Source of the DNA: Eledone cirrhosa
Taxonomy: Eukaryota
Length of the DNA stretch: 64,000 bases
Direction of reading: 5' to 3'
Assembly (NCBI GenBank): GCA_964016885.1
Contig: OZ024762.1
Span: 10,044,001-10,108,000 of the forward strand
Every line of letters starts with the position of its first letter. Position 1 is the first letter of the stretch. Shown here piece after piece: positions 27,305 through 42,501 of the stretch. The position numbers and the translations under genes were made by a program. The notes below the pieces were generated by a model, which saw only the letters and a list, made by a program, of their open reading frames with translations, did not search any database and was not told the origin of the DNA.

Positions 27305-27469
27305 GGCGCTTCAGAGATGATGCTTGTAAAAAAGCTGTGAGGAGGTCGCAGTTGCAGTTGAGTTTGGCAATGCGATGATCTCTTCTCTTTAACTGTCGTA
27401 CTAATCTGGCAGAGGCTTGACTGATGTCATACCGAAGGTTAGTTTCAATTTCTTGCAGCTTTTCAAAAC
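27305..27469 (-). CDS. TBC1D30: TBC1D30 coding exon 2 ([54 protein letters not shown]), coiled-coil-like; not in ORF track
   Basis: Acceptor ccAG and donor C|GTGAGT; 165 nt, phase 1-1. Joins exons 1 and 3 in frame and resembles vertebrate ...SAKLLRHLKQKDR...NCDIVTACLQAVSQKRR. Confidence 0.9.
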
Positions 27470-27810
27470 CTGGCCATTAATGAAAGAAATGTCATTGTTA
27501 GAAAGAACGAAAAAAAATCAACAGAAAATATCTTTTTTACAATTAGGTCTTGAATAATATAAAGGTATATATATATAAATATATATATATTTATATATAT
27601 ATATATAAATATATATTTATATATATATAAATATATATTTATATATATATATATATATACATATATATATACATACATGTATACATATATATATACATAC
27701 ATGTATACATATATATATACATACATGTATACATATATATATACATATATATATACATATATATACATATATACATACATATATATACATATATACATAC
27801 ATATATATAC

Positions 27811-27845
<35 letters not shown>

Positions 27846-28633
27846 CATATATACATACATATATATACATATATACATACATATATATACATATATACAT
27901 ACATATATATATACATATATGCATACATATATATATACATACATATATATATACATACATATTTATATATACATACATATTTATATATACATATATATAT
28001 ACATATATATATGGTGGCTGCCAACTCGTTTTCGAGTACGGCCACTACGTTATATCCATGTAGGAGAACCCCTACCGATGCGCTGAACGACTGTGACTTT
28101 TTAGTCCAGCCAGCGACTTGAAACCTCTGGTACAAACACTACACTTGTGACAATTATTGACACAGTGCTAGTCTCATGGTACCATGTGACGACAAGTGCA
28201 GAGAGATCTCCAGATATAAAGCAATGCCTGTGCCTTGAAGCTTTTATAGTGAGCAAAGGCACTGCACAAAGCCAGTCCCACTCTCTTAACCAAGATGATA
28301 TTTACCAAAAAGAAGAACAAGTCAACATCATTGGATACCATCATTGGATACCATCAGGGTTGCAGGTGTTATATCAGAGTTTTCCTTCTCCTAGAATTCT
28401 GCCTTGACAAAGGCTAAGGGGTCATCTGTCCCGGTGATTTTGGATGGCCATTGACTCTTAAGAGCTCCTTTGCCCTTTGACAGGTTTTGTTTTTAGTCCT
28501 GCAGGATGTCCAAAGTCACCCTCCTCACTAAGAAACCTTGGTGGGGTTGCCAGTTTAGTCGCCAACGACCCGACCATGAGACAGGTTGTACTGGGATACA
28601 TATTACCAGTAGCACCAACTGGTGACCTGACAT

Positions 28634-28673
<40 letters not shown>

Positions 28674-28730
28674 TATATATACACATATATATATATACAC
28701 ATATATATATATATACACATATATATATAT

Positions 28731-28769
<39 letters not shown>

Positions 28770-29398
28770 GTCCCCAAAAAATGTATACACACTTTCATTA
28801 ACTGTACAGGCAATATTTATTAGAGTGCTTTATGGTATTCGTTCCAGCTCTCTGAGTTCAAATCCCGCCGAGGTTAACTTTGCCTTTCATCCTTTCGAGG
28901 TTGATAAAAAAAAGTACCCGTTTAGTACTGGGGTTGATTCTTCCTCTTTCTGGAAGAAATCTACTGTACTCAGGCCTGGAGAAGGATGGGCTCCACCAGG
29001 CTTAAATTGCCCAACAAACACTGTATGTCCACCGCACCTACGTCTCTATCAGAAGTTACGGGACTATACAATATATATAGGAGGAAGTTATAGTTCACTT
29101 GAAGCATTGTGTAATGAGGTATAAACGTTTGTATATGTATTAATAAAGCCAAAACAATGCAGGTATGGACATAGAATAAAGAATGCAAATGCAAAAGATA
29201 TTGTTGACAATTAGTCTTTTACCTTAGATTTATTTAAATGTCCTTAATTTTCGAGATAATATCTCTTCTTCGGAGAGAAGTAAAGCGGTTAAACAAGTGT
29301 TCTAAATAACTTGCCAAGTCATGCTTGACTTGGTCAGCATGACTTGGTCAGCATGACTTGGCAAGTTATTTAGAACACTATTTAGAACCGCTTTACTT

Positions 29399-29435
29399 CT
29401 CTCCGAAGAAGAGATATTATCTCGAAAATTAAGGA
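29399..29435 (+). ncRNA. Family D hammerhead motif with CCGAAGA core; mirrored on the minus strand at about 29240-29277
   Basis: Nearly identical to 2096-2132 except for U4C in the core; both arms of the inverted repeat at about 29120-29555 carry it. Confidence 0.5.
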
Positions 29436-29549
29436 CATTTAAATAAATCTAAGGTAAAAGACTAATTGTCAACAATATCTTTTGCATTTGCATTCTTTAT
29501 TCTATGTCCATACCTGCATTGTTTTGGCTTTATTAATACATATACAAAC

Positions 29550-29599
<50 letters not shown>

Positions 29600-29630
29600 T
29601 TGTTTTGGCTTTATTAATACATATACAAAC

Positions 29631-29686
<56 letters not shown>

Positions 29687-29793
29687 TCATCATCGTCATT
29701 CTCTACATGATGTCTAGAACACTAACAACAATTATGTATCTACCTGAATGTTCTGAAGTCTAGGATTTTAATCACCTGTTTAGACATTCCCTA

Positions 29794-29840
29794 TGCTCTG
29801 ATTAACCCATACTTCCCTCTGGAAGAAACAATTGTCAGCA
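29794..29840 (+). ncRNA. Degenerate hammerhead motif (family G)
   Basis: TGCT-CTGATTA-..CCA..TGG..-GAAA-CAATTG-TC-AGCA; flank related to 47906. Confidence 0.45.
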
Positions 29841-30795
29841 AATAAATGTATTAAACTAAGATTTGATTGTTTTAACACTTTGTATCTCGGCTCTGTAAAA
29901 CACTTGAAAATTTGCATTGAGCCTTTTGTCATACCGGTAACTGACTAGTACTTAGTACTACCCTCCATATTTATAGTTGTATATTAAACATATATAAGTA
30001 TAAATATTGTTATTATTATTACTATATATATGAATGTATGTATGGGATATTTGGCAATATACTGTATGTTTAATTAAAAACATTTAGAAGACCATATGCT
30101 ATCGGTTTTAAAGTGGTGACTATGTCACAGCTTGTCGCTGTGGTAGAGACTAAAGCAGTGATTGTTTTACAATTTACTAGGGTTTTTTTTCTATTTTTAA
30201 TCAATTTTTTGTACATATTTCATAGTATTGTGTAGTGAAGCATTGCCTGTTGTCTCCGTTATCTTGGGTTAGTGGGGGAGTGGAGGTGGGGGTTAGGGGA
30301 GTGAGAGAGGGTGGTGGAGGTAGGGGAGAGGGGGTGGGGGTGGAGTGAGTGTGAGTGGGGGAGTGGGGGTGAAGAAAGTGAGAGTGGGGAGAGCAAAGAG
30401 AGTGAGAGTGGGGAGGGGGGTGAATAGAGTGTGGGTGGGGGTGAATAGAGTGAAGGTACGGGGCGAAGAGTGTGAAAGTGGGGGAGTGGGGGGGGGGGGG
30501 GTGATAGTGGTAGAGTGAAGAGGGTGGGTGTGAAGGTAGGAGAGAGGGGAAGTGAAGAGAGAGAGTGGCCGGAGTGAAGGCGGGGGAGAGGGAGTGAAGG
30601 TAGGGGTGGGACAGAGGGAGTGATTGTAGGGGAGGGTGGAGGTAGGAGAGAGGGGGGAAGAGAGTAAGAGTTGGGGGTGCGGGGGGGGGGGGGGGGTGAA
30701 GTGAGTGAGAACATGAAGGTAGGGGAAGTCAAGAGTTTGACAATACATATATACATACATACACATACATACATATATATACATACATATATATG

Positions 30796-30849
<54 letters not shown>

Positions 30850-30899
30850 CATATATATGTATATATATATATACATATGTATATATATATATACATATG

Positions 30900-30963
<64 letters not shown>

Positions 30964-30964
30964 C

Positions 30965-30999
<35 letters not shown>

Positions 31000-31137
31000 G
31001 GTATATCTATCTCTGAGGGCAGTACCTGAACAACTAAGTGAAACCATAACAACCTCTACTACCCATGTTAATATAGAAGAGCAAACCAATATCTATATAT
31101 CTATCTATATATATATACTTTATATATATATATATAT

Positions 31138-31185
<48 letters not shown>

Positions 31186-31468
31186 AAAAAGTATGACCCC
31201 CGAGTATCAGTCCAGAAATAGCCGTCGAAACGGCTTGAGCTCTGCCGTCGGGGTCATACTTTTTCCTATTTTCCACTCTACAACCCTAAGTATTGATTAC
31301 TCTGGTGCATTATGGTCCATCTGGTTCCTTACCACAATTCCTTTCTTATATATATATATATAATGAAGGAAATGTGGTAAGGAACCAGGTGGACCATAAC
31401 GCACCAAAGTACTCAATACTTAGGGTAGTAGAGTGGGTAATAGGAACAAGTAAGGGGTCTTACTTGTT

Positions 31469-31508
<40 letters not shown>

Positions 31509-31555
31509 AGGTAAACAGAAATAACAACACAATTGGTACAAGAGACCCACACAAA

Positions 31556-31760
31556 CATCATCATCATCACCGTTTTACGTCCGTTCTTCCACGCTAGCAT
31601 GGGTTAGACGGGTTGTCCTGTTGTGGGCAGTGTCTGGTCGGCTGACTATGCCTTGCTCATACAGGAACTGATTTGGCTTGATTTCTACAGCTGGATGCCC
31701 TTCCAAACACCAACCTCATTTACAGTGAGTGCTGGGTGCTTATTCGTGGCGCCTACGTAA
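31556..31760 (-). mobile_element. 3' UTR fragment of the same RTE family
   Basis: Matches the reverse complement of 53275-53470. Confidence 0.85.
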
Positions 31761-31898
31761 AAAATATATATACTACCCAAAAATATATATACACATATTT
31801 ATTAGAATGCTGTTGAAGTGTATATATATTTTGGGGGATACCCTCTATATATATATACATATATGTATATACATATATATACACATATATATACACAC

Positions 31899-31947
<49 letters not shown>

Positions 31948-32004
31948 CACACATATATATACATACATATATACACACATATATATACATACATATATAT
32001 ACAC

Positions 32005-32037
<33 letters not shown>

Positions 32038-32088
32038 CATATACACATATATATACATATACATATATATATATATATACATATACAC

Positions 32089-32138
<50 letters not shown>

Positions 32139-32174
32139 ATATATATATATACACATATATATATATATATACAC

Positions 32175-32211
<37 letters not shown>

Positions 32212-33018
32212 CACATATATATACATACATATATATATACATACATAAATATATATACATACATACATATACATACATATACACACATATATTTACATAC
32301 ATATATACACATACATATATATATACACATACACATACACATACATATATACACATACATATATACACATACATATATACACACATATATATACATATAT
32401 ATATATACATACATACATGTATATATATATATATACACATGTATGTATATATATACATGTATGTAGATATATACATACCGCCACTTTTATTGTAGGCATG
32501 TGTATTGTATGGACACATTTCTTTGAGTTGTAAAAGCAGATTGACAAAAATTGAACTGTGTGTGTGTGTGGGGGGGGGGGGGTGTATGGGTGTAGTCGGG
32601 TGGAGGGAGAGAGGGGGAGATAGAGAAAGTGAAGGGAGAGGGGAAGTAATATGTGATATGAGCAGCTGGTACCTTTTTTTTCAAATATATATAATACACA
32701 CACACATATATATATATATAATACACACACACACACACACACACATATAATACACACACACACACATATAATACACACACACACACACATATATAATACA
32801 CACACACACACACATACATATAATACACACACACACACACACATACATATAATACACACACACACACATATATAATACACACACACACACATATATAATA
32901 CACACACACACATATATAATACACACACACACATATATAATACACACACACACACATATATATATATAATACACACACACATATATAATACACACACACA
33001 CACACACACATATATAAT

Positions 33019-33051
<33 letters not shown>

Positions 33052-33119
33052 CAGCAGCTGTGTCAGTGATCACCTGATGTAACCTATAATAAACTTTAAA
33101 TCATGGTGCATTTAAATCT

Positions 33120-33183
<64 letters not shown>

Positions 33184-33359
33184 AGATGAATCTACCAAAA
33201 TATACGGTAGTATCCAATCCGTATGAAGAACTCAATGTAATCCAAATATCATGAAAAGAGAAGATGCATTCAAAAATTTTCAATGAAAATCATAGGAAAA
33301 CAGAGTCAAGATAAATTAATAATTATATAAATTAATATTTATATATATATATGCCCTCA

Positions 33360-33830
33360 CAGGGTGTCCCAAAAAATGCATACACACTTTGATTACCTGT
33401 ACAGGCAATATGTATTAGAATGCTGTTGAAATGTGTATACATTGTTTGGGACATCCTATATATATATATGCAAAAGTTTTATTTAAATTGTTGGGATACA
33501 ACAAGCAAATATTTTTATAACTGATATAAAGCACTCCACAAATATTTGGAGTGGATATACGATATTAATAAATGGAAACTATATTTATAAATATATATAT
33601 GAATTAATAAAAACAATGAAATAAACACAAAGAACAAGTTCCCTATATTAAAAGAATTCCTCATGATGAATTTTTTAATATAAGAAACTTGTATATATAT
33701 TTTTTAATATAAGAAACTTTTATATGTATATAAGATGTCCCCAAAAATGTATACACATTTCAACAGCATTCTAATACATATTGCCTGTACAGGTAGTCAA
33801 AGTGTGTATGAATTTTTTGGGACACCCTGT
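33360..33830. mobile_element. Two inverted copies of a ~100-bp Tc1/mariner-type MITE (33360-33458, 33732-33830)
   Basis: CAGGGTGTCCCAAAA..TTTGGGACATCC termini; partial copies at 28765 and about 31775-31846. Confidence 0.7.
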
Positions 33831-33832
33831 GG

Positions 33833-33867
<35 letters not shown>

Positions 33868-34253
33868 TATAGTAATAATAATAAATTTGAAGACTAAAAT
33901 CCAAAGAGGGCTCGATAAGGATAATAAAAAATAACAAATATATAAGAACCCTAGAGCAAATATTTATTAAAATAACAGATTAAACTCTGCGTAACAGATC
34001 AATATGCAATAATTGTTTTTCATATGTAAACGAAACTTCCTCATTTTTTCTATTATAAATAATTGTTTCTACTTTTGGCACAAGGTCAGTGAATTACAGG
34101 TACTTTATATTACAAATACCCAGTGAATTACAGGTACTTTATATTATCGACCCCCGTAAGGATGAAAGGTTTCTATTATAAATAATATATATATATATAT
34201 ATAAAATAAAGTTAAATAAAAAGTCAAATGTTTAAAATTTAGCTTCGTTTATT

Positions 34254-34311
34254 ACTGCTATATATATTTCAGCAGTAACAGCCATCTTTGGCTGTGACCT
34301 CTTCAGGCAGT
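34254..34311 (-). ncRNA. Hammerhead motif (family J)
   Basis: ACTGC-CTGAAGA-GGTcACAGCC aaagat GGCTGTtACT..-GAAA-tatata-TA-GCAGT. Confidence 0.7.
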
Positions 34312-34434
34312 CCGAATTAGTGTGGTATAGACAAATACATATGTTGTTGAGGTGTATAATTTTGTCAATACTCTGATATGCCCAGTTCCTGGTTGGGTTG
34401 TTATTTCTCTGAGGAACTGGAATCATATATAAAA

Positions 34435-34469
<35 letters not shown>

Positions 34470-34619
34470 TACACATATACACATTGTACATATATGTGTA
34501 CATATACACATATATACATATACATACATATAAACACACACAGTTACATGTGTGTGTGTGTGCACATAGTGTGCTTATGTGTGTGCATGTGCTTGCATCT
34601 GTGTGTGCATGCGTGTGTG

Positions 34620-34686
<67 letters not shown>

Positions 34687-35459
34687 CAGCTGGAACAGAA
34701 AGCAACTAAAAAGAAAAATGGAGAAACTGTAGAAGCTGGTCAGTTTAACCTTTCCTGTTTACTTAACTCTCACCACCCCCACCTCCTCCACCTTGACCTT
34801 CCCAACACCACAACCACCACCACCCCTACCACAAATACCAACACCACCACAACTGCTACCACAAACGCCATACCACACCACCACCACCACCACTGCCACC
34901 ACAAAGACCAATACCACCACCACCACCACTGCCACCACAACCACCACTGCCACCACAAAGACCAATACCACCCCCACTGCCACCACAAAGACCAATACCA
35001 CCCCCACTGCCACCACAAAGACAAATACCACCACCACCACCCCCACTGCCACCACAAAGACCAATACCACCACCACCACCACTGCCACCACAAAGACCAA
35101 TACCACCACCACAACCACTGCTATCACAAATGCCAATACCACCACAACCAAAATCACCACCACTGCTACTACAACACAGCCACAACACCAACACCCACAA
35201 CAACACAGTCACCATCACCACCACCACCACCACCACCAGTCCCACCCCCAACACCAAAACCATTGTCACCATTGCCAGCCCCTACCGCCACCACCACCAC
35301 TAACTCACAGGCCACAAGCCAACAAAGGAAGCTCTAAAAATGCTTGACTTGCTAGAAACAATGACCATATTTCATCTTAACCTTGAAACTACCCCTGCTT
35401 CTATGACTAAAACTTCTTTGTTTTAAAGTGTCATATTTAATTTTAAACCTTTCATTCAT

Positions 35460-35800
35460 TTCATTTCATTTTATTTTACGTCCGCTTTTTCCCTGCTTGC
35501 AAGGGTTGGACGGGAACTGATTCTGGGTTGATTTCTACAGCTGGATGCCCTTCCTAACACCAACCTCATTTACAGTGAGTGCTGGGTGCTTTTTTTTGCC
35601 GTGGCACCTCCACGACCACTTTGCAGTGGAATGATAGGGACCCCAGTCCCTATCATCTCATTTCTACAGCTGAGTAAACTGGAGCAATGTGAAATAAAGT
35701 GTCTTGCTCAAGGAAACAACACATCACCCGGTCTGAGAATTGAACTCACAACCTTTCGATTGCAAGGCCAATGCTCTAACCACTAAGCCATGTGCCTCCA
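35460..35800 (-). mobile_element. Full-length family 1 SINE
   Basis: Reverse complement of 38126-38457. Confidence 0.9.
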
Positions 35801-35966
35801 TTATAAATGAAAAAAACGTGCGAAACCATGTTGTTGGTATGAGAGCTGATGATGGTGAAGATGGTGTGTGTAAACTTGTCTTGTACATCACCTTTCTTTA
35901 TTTTCTCTTCCAGCCACCTCTGTGCACCAACACACTTCTCCTTGCTCTCCCCCTCTCTCAATCTTT

Positions 35967-36610
35967 TCTATATTTCATCCACTTGTCCCCCACCTTGTGT
36001 ATTGTCTCTCTCTGATGACCACCGGCCACTGGTCTCTGTCTTTTGAGGCATTATATTTCATCTACCTGTCTCCCACCTTGTGTATTGTCTCTCTCTGTTG
36101 GTCACTGGTCTCTGTCATCTGAGGCATTATATTTCATCTACCTGTCCCCCACCTTGTGTATTGTCTCTCTGTTGACCACTGATCACTGGTCTCTGTCATC
36201 TGAGGCATTATATTTCATCTACCTGTCCCCCACCTTGTGTATTGTCTCTCTCTGTTGGTCACTGGTCTCTGTCATCTGAGGCATTATATTTCATCTACCT
36301 GTCCCCCACCTTGTGTATTGTCTCTCTGTTGACCACTGACTGCTGGTCTCTGTCCTCTGAGACATTATATTTCATCTACCTGTCCCCCACCTTATGTATT
36401 GTCTCTCTCTGTTGGTCACTGGTCTCTGTCCTCTGAGACATTATATTTCATCTACCTGTCCCCCACCTTATGTATTGTCTCTCTCTGTTGGTCACTGGTC
36501 TCTGTCCTCTGAGACATTATATTTCATCTACCTGTCACCTACCTTGTGTATTGTCTCTCTCTGTTGACCATTGGCCACTGGTCTCTGTCCTCTGAGGGAT
36601 TATATTTCAT
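35967..36610. repeat. 76/81-bp minisatellite, about 8 copies
   Basis: ttatatttcatctacctgtc recurs at 36051, 36127, 36208, 36284, 36365, 36441, 36517. Confidence 0.95.
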
Positions 36611-37228
36611 GGACACTGCCTCTCCCTCCAGATCTAGAGAATGTCATGGACATTGCCTCTCCCTCCAGATCTAGAGAATGTCATGGACACTGCCTCTCCC
36701 TCCAGATCTAGAGAATGTCATGGACACTGCCTCTCCCTCCAGATCTAGAGAAGGTCATGGACACTGTCCCTTCCTCCAGATCTAGAGAATGTCATGGACA
36801 CTGTCCCTCCCTCCAGATCTAGAGAATGTCATGGACACTGTCCCTCCCTCAAGATCTAGAGAATGTCATGGACACTGTCCCTCCCTCCAGATCTAGAGAA
36901 TGTCATGAACACTGTCCCTTCCTCCAGATCTAGAGAATGTCATGGACACTGTCCCTCCCTCCAGATCTAGAGAATGTCATGGACACTGTCCCTCCCTCAA
37001 GATCTAGAGAATGTCATGGACACTGTCCCTCTCTCCAGATCTAGAGAATGTCATGGACACTGTCCCTTCCTCCAGATCTAGAGAATGTCATGGACACTGT
37101 CCCTTCCTCCAGACCTAGAGAATGTCATGGACACTGCCTCTCCCTCCAGATCTAGAGAATGTCATGGACACTGTCCCTTCCTCCAGATCTAGAGAATGTC
37201 ATGGACATTGCCTCTCCCTCCAGACCTA
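36608..37228. repeat. 37-bp minisatellite, about 17 copies
   Basis: Unit catggacactgtccctccctccagatctagagaatgt. Confidence 0.97.
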
Positions 37229-38125
37229 ACAATAATAATATCCAATGTTAAGTATGTCAAACCTCACAGATCTGCCGATTGTCATTTGTTAACCCTTTAG
37301 CATTTAAACCGGCCATATCCAGCCAGAATTCTCTCAACTTTCTGTTCAAACCAGCTGTAACCGGCCACTCATACTGATGTTAAGGTATTGTTCTGAAAAG
37401 AATATCGAAATCTCATAGACTTGACATTGTGGGAGATAATTACGTGAGGTAAAGCCTTTACCATGAAAATACAATAGTATATATAGAGTAATGTAAATGG
37501 TAAAGGGTTAAGTATGTCACACTTCACTGAACTCCTCTCAGTCACATATCAAGCATCATTGACCCCTGCCAGCCATTTGTGATAGATGGGGGGGGGGTAT
37601 ATTACAAAAGAAAATCTAACATTGAAAAGATGATATTTCAAGGAACACAATTACACCACCACCACCACCTAACACAGCCACCACCACCACCACCACCTAA
37701 CACAACCACCACCACCACCAATGATCCAGTATCACAACCCCCACCCCCACCCTCCAATATCCTGAGTGGGGAAAAAGTTTTCAGATATTGATTTGTTCAA
37801 ATACTATACACACACACACACATACAGATACACATACAGATACATACACATATACACACACACATACATATGTACCCACACATATACACACACATATATA
37901 CACAGACACACATACACACATATATATATATATATACATATACCACAACCAATCACAGCTGTTAAAACCTGGGGGAAGGGAGTTTAGTAGTAGTAGTAGT
38001 AGTACTACACTATTATATCATATGTATACAATACTATAATAATATTATAAATAATAAATTCATAGCGTCCCCCAATCCACCAACAAAAAAGAGACCTTTC
38101 TACATATGCAAATATATTCTTATAT

Positions 38126-38457
38126 GGAGGCACATGGCTTAGTGGTTAAAGCATTGGCCTTGCAATCGAAAGGTTGTGAGTTCAATTCTCAGACCGGGTG
38201 ATGTGTTGTTTCCTTGAGCAAGACACTTTATTTCACATTGCTCCAGTTTACTCAGCTGTAGAAATGAGATGATAGGGACTGGGGTCCCTATCATTCCACT
38301 GCAAAGTGGTCGTGGAGGTGCCACGGCAAAAAAGCACCCAGCACTCACTGTAAATGAGGTTGGTGTTAGGTAGGGCATCCAGCTGTAGAAATCAAGCCAG
38401 AATCAGTTCCCGTCCCACCCTTGCAAGCAGGGAAAAGCGAACATATGATGATGATGA
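38126..38457 (+). mobile_element. Full-length tRNA-derived SINE, family 1 (tRNA head, CORE-like body, RTE-like tail, (TGA)n)
   Basis: A box TGGCTTAGTGG, B box GAGTTCAATTC, tccttgagcaagacactt body. Other copies at 2706-3010(-), 7113-7440(+), 35460-35800(-), 53790-54385, 58700-59047(+). Confidence 0.9.
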
Positions 38458-39870
38458 TATGTGTGTGTATGTGTATGTATGTATATATATATATATATGT
38501 GTGTATGTGTATGTATGTATATATATATATATGTGTGTGTATGTATATATATATATATGTGTATGTATGCATATATATATGTGTGTGTGTGTATGTGTAT
38601 ATATATATATATGTATGTGTATATATATATATATATGTGTATGTGTATGTATATATATATGTGTATGTGTATGTATGTATATATATATATGTGTGTGTGT
38701 ATGTATGTATGTATATATATGTGTGTGTGTGTGTATGTGTATGTATGTATATATATATATATATGTGTGTATGTGTATGTATGTATATATATATATATAT
38801 GTGTGTGTATGTATATATATATATATGTGTATGTATGCATATATATATGTGTGTGTGTGTATGTGTATATATATATATATATGTATGTGTATATATATAT
38901 ATATGTGTGTATGTGTATGTATATATATATGTGTATGTGTATGTATGTATATATATATATATGTGTGTATGTATGTATATATATATATGTGTGTGTGTAT
39001 GTATGTATATATATATATGTGTGTGTGTGTATGTATGTATATATATGTGTGTGTGTATATACATATACAAACAGACATATGCGATGGTGTGGGAGAGGGA
39101 ATACACCTTGATTTATAGGCAGAAGCCAGTTAATTTCCATATCGTTAGCTTAACAACCATTAACAACCATAACTCATGTACAACCCGCAACATTGCATGG
39201 TGTGATGGTGATGGTCTGATGTAATGATAACTAGCTCGCACCACCCATCACCATCACCATCACCATCACACCATTACACCATTACCATCACCATCTCACC
39301 ATCACCACCATCACCACATCACCATCTCACCATCACCACCACAATCACCATCTCACCATCACCATCACACCATTACCATCACCATCTAACCATCACCATC
39401 ACCACATCACCATCATCACATCACCATCACACCATCACCATCACCATCACACCATCACCACATCACACCATCACCATCACATCTCATTACTTCATCTCAC
39501 AATCACAAGCCCCCCCCCCCCCCATCAATTCACCCTCCCACCCTCTGCCTACCACTCTCACCGACCCTCCCTCCCTCTCAACATCACACCCCTTCCACCT
39601 CCCCATCACCACAACATTACCCCCCCCTTCACCTTCACCCCATCTCCTCCCATCTGCTACTGAGAGTCCTTGGTTGAGTGGTGAGGATACGAGTTGAGTG
39701 TCGTGAGCAGAGTTTTGTGAGAGTGTGAGCAGAGCGTTGTGAGAGTGTGGGCAGAGTGTAGCCTGAGTGTGGGCAGAGTGTATGCTGAATGTGGACAGAG
39801 TGTATGCTGAGTGTGAGCAGAGTGTGGGCAGAGTATGGGTGAAGTGTAATGAGTGTAGTAGTAGCAGCAT

Positions 39871-39914
<44 letters not shown>

Positions 39915-40026
39915 ATAGTAGTAGTAGTAGTAACATTTTTCAATTATTTCAGTTAACTGATGTTCTATTTATATGGCAATGCAAAGAAATCCATATTTTG
40001 ATTTTCAAGTTCACACACACACACTC

Positions 40027-40061
<35 letters not shown>

Positions 40062-40140
40062 GACACACACATGTATATATATATATATATATACACAGAC
40101 ACACACACGTATATATATATATATACACACAGACACACAG

Positions 40141-40189
<49 letters not shown>

Positions 40190-40190
40190 G

Positions 40191-40239
<49 letters not shown>

Positions 40240-40349
40240 GACACACACACACACACATATATATATACATATATATATATATATTAAACAAACCGTAAAC
40301 TCTTGGTAGATTTATCTACATATATATATATATATATATATACACACAG

Positions 40350-40384
<35 letters not shown>

Positions 40385-40463
40385 GACCCACACAGACCCA
40401 CACACATATATATATATATATATATATCATCATCATCATTTTACATCCGCTTTTCGCTGCTTG

Positions 40464-40495
<32 letters not shown>

Positions 40496-40641
40496 AGATT
40501 AACATATGCAAAAATATACACAGGTGCCAAAGATTAGCATATGTACAAAAAACGTAACACACATACACACATACACATACACGCACACACACAGCCAGCC
40601 CTTACCATAAAACCTAACTAAACAATGTAACTAGGCATATG

Positions 40642-40880
40642 TTGTAGAGCTAGCCTGGGGTACTAAATACCCAGGTACACATTGTAGAGCTAGCCTGGGG
40701 TAGTAAATACCCAGGTACACATTGTAGAGCTAGCCTGGGGTACTAAATACCCAGGTACACATTGTAGAGCTAGCCTGGGGTACTAAATACCCAGGTACAC
40801 ATTGTAGAGCTAGCCTGGGGTACTAAATACCCAGGTACACATTGTAGAGCTAGCCTGGGGTACTAAATACCCAGGTACAT
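40642..40880. repeat. 40-bp minisatellite x6 with an internal hairpin
   Basis: Unit ttgtagagctagCCTGGGgTActaaaTACCCAGGtacaca. Confidence 0.97.
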
Positions 40881-41318
40881 CCCTGAAGATGTATACAACT
40901 TTGTTCACTTGCCAAATAAACACATACATAGGCTAGGACATTCTAGAAAACTGAACCTTGACATAACTCACACAAACCCCTTCTCCAAATCACAGCAAGG
41001 TGTCAGACCTACAATTAACTACCACCACTACTACCACTATACTACCACCACTATCACCACCACCACCACTACCACAACTATTACTATCAACACCACCACC
41101 ACCAGTATCAACACCACCACTACCACCACTACCACCACCACCACCACCACCACCACCACAACAATCAACAACTAACAACAACCACTACACCCCACCCTAG
41201 CACTACTACAACAGCTGACAGAAAGGGAGGGAATAAATGTCAACTAAAAAGTTAGTTTCTTAAGGCCAGGGTCAGGGTGTAAGTTTATAGTTGTATCACA
41301 CACACACACACACACACT

Positions 41319-41354
<36 letters not shown>

Positions 41355-41666
41355 GGAAAAAGTATGACCCCGACGGCAGAGCTCAAGCCGTTTCGAAGGC
41401 TATTTCTGGACTCATACTTTTTCTTATTACCCACTCTACTACCCTAAGTATTGAGTACTCTGGTGCGTTATGGTCCATCTAGTTCCTTACCACAATTCCT
41501 TTGTTATATATATATATATTTATATATCGGCAAAAGGGGTATTCAATTTGTTGGTAATTCAACAAATATAAATGTTTATAACTGATTCAAAGCACTCTAC
41601 AGATTTTCTGGAGTATAATATTCAATGATATTAAATAAATGGAAACTATATTTATAAAACCATATT

Positions 41667-41727
41667 TATTCTATTATATATATTTCAAGGGTACCAAAAC
41701 TTTGGTACACTCTCATCAGATGAAATA
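41667..41727 (-). ncRNA. Hammerhead motif (family B)
   Basis: tatttcat-CTGATGA-gagtGTACCAAA gt TTTGGTACcctt-GAAA-tatata-TA-atagaata. Confidence 0.7.
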
Positions 41728-42467
41728 CAAAGTTTGTTTTATAAATATTGACATAACCAGTTTAGTACACTATCTAAAGACCCACAAGTGACTATTATAA
41801 TGATTTGGCAGTATCGGTAGAGAGTCGTACACCATGCTTTGCAGCATAGAGTTACGGCCCTTTATTGGTCTGAGTTCAAATCCCGCATAGGTTAACTTTG
41901 ACTTTCATCCTTACGGGGTCGATAAAATAAAGTACCAGTATTACACTGGGGTAATTGCTGGCCTTGTGCAAAAGTAGAAACAATTATTATCCTTTCACCC
42001 TTACAGGGTCCATAAAATAAAGTACCAGTATTACACTGGGGTAATTGCTGGCTTTGTGCCAAAAGTAGAAACAATTATTATCCTTTCACCCTTACAGGGT
42101 CCATAAAATAAAGTACCAGTATTACACTGGGGTAATTGCTGGCTTTGTGCCAAAAGTAGAAACAATTAATATCCTTTCATCCTTACGGGATCGATAAAAT
42201 AAAGTACCAGTAATGTACTGGGGTAATTGTTGGCCTTGTGCAAAAGTAGAAACAATTGCAAACAGTTTCTAAGAAGCTCAACAGCTGGTTATCATCGCAA
42301 TAAGAACAGCACCTCTCTCATAAGCTGACAGTTTTCCCTGAGATAACCTTCCTTATATTGAGGTTTTATTGTTTATCAAAGAACTATTTTTAACTCTGTG
42401 GAACAAGTGGGGAGGGAGGGTGTGTGTGTAATCGGACAGATTGGGGGGGGGGGGTTAGAACAATACC

Positions 42468-42501
<34 letters not shown>

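Noticed and set aside
38126-38200. tRNA gene (also 58700, 58293, 62985)
   Set aside because: A/B boxes continue into SINE bodies and no complete cloverleaf is seen; these are SINE heads.
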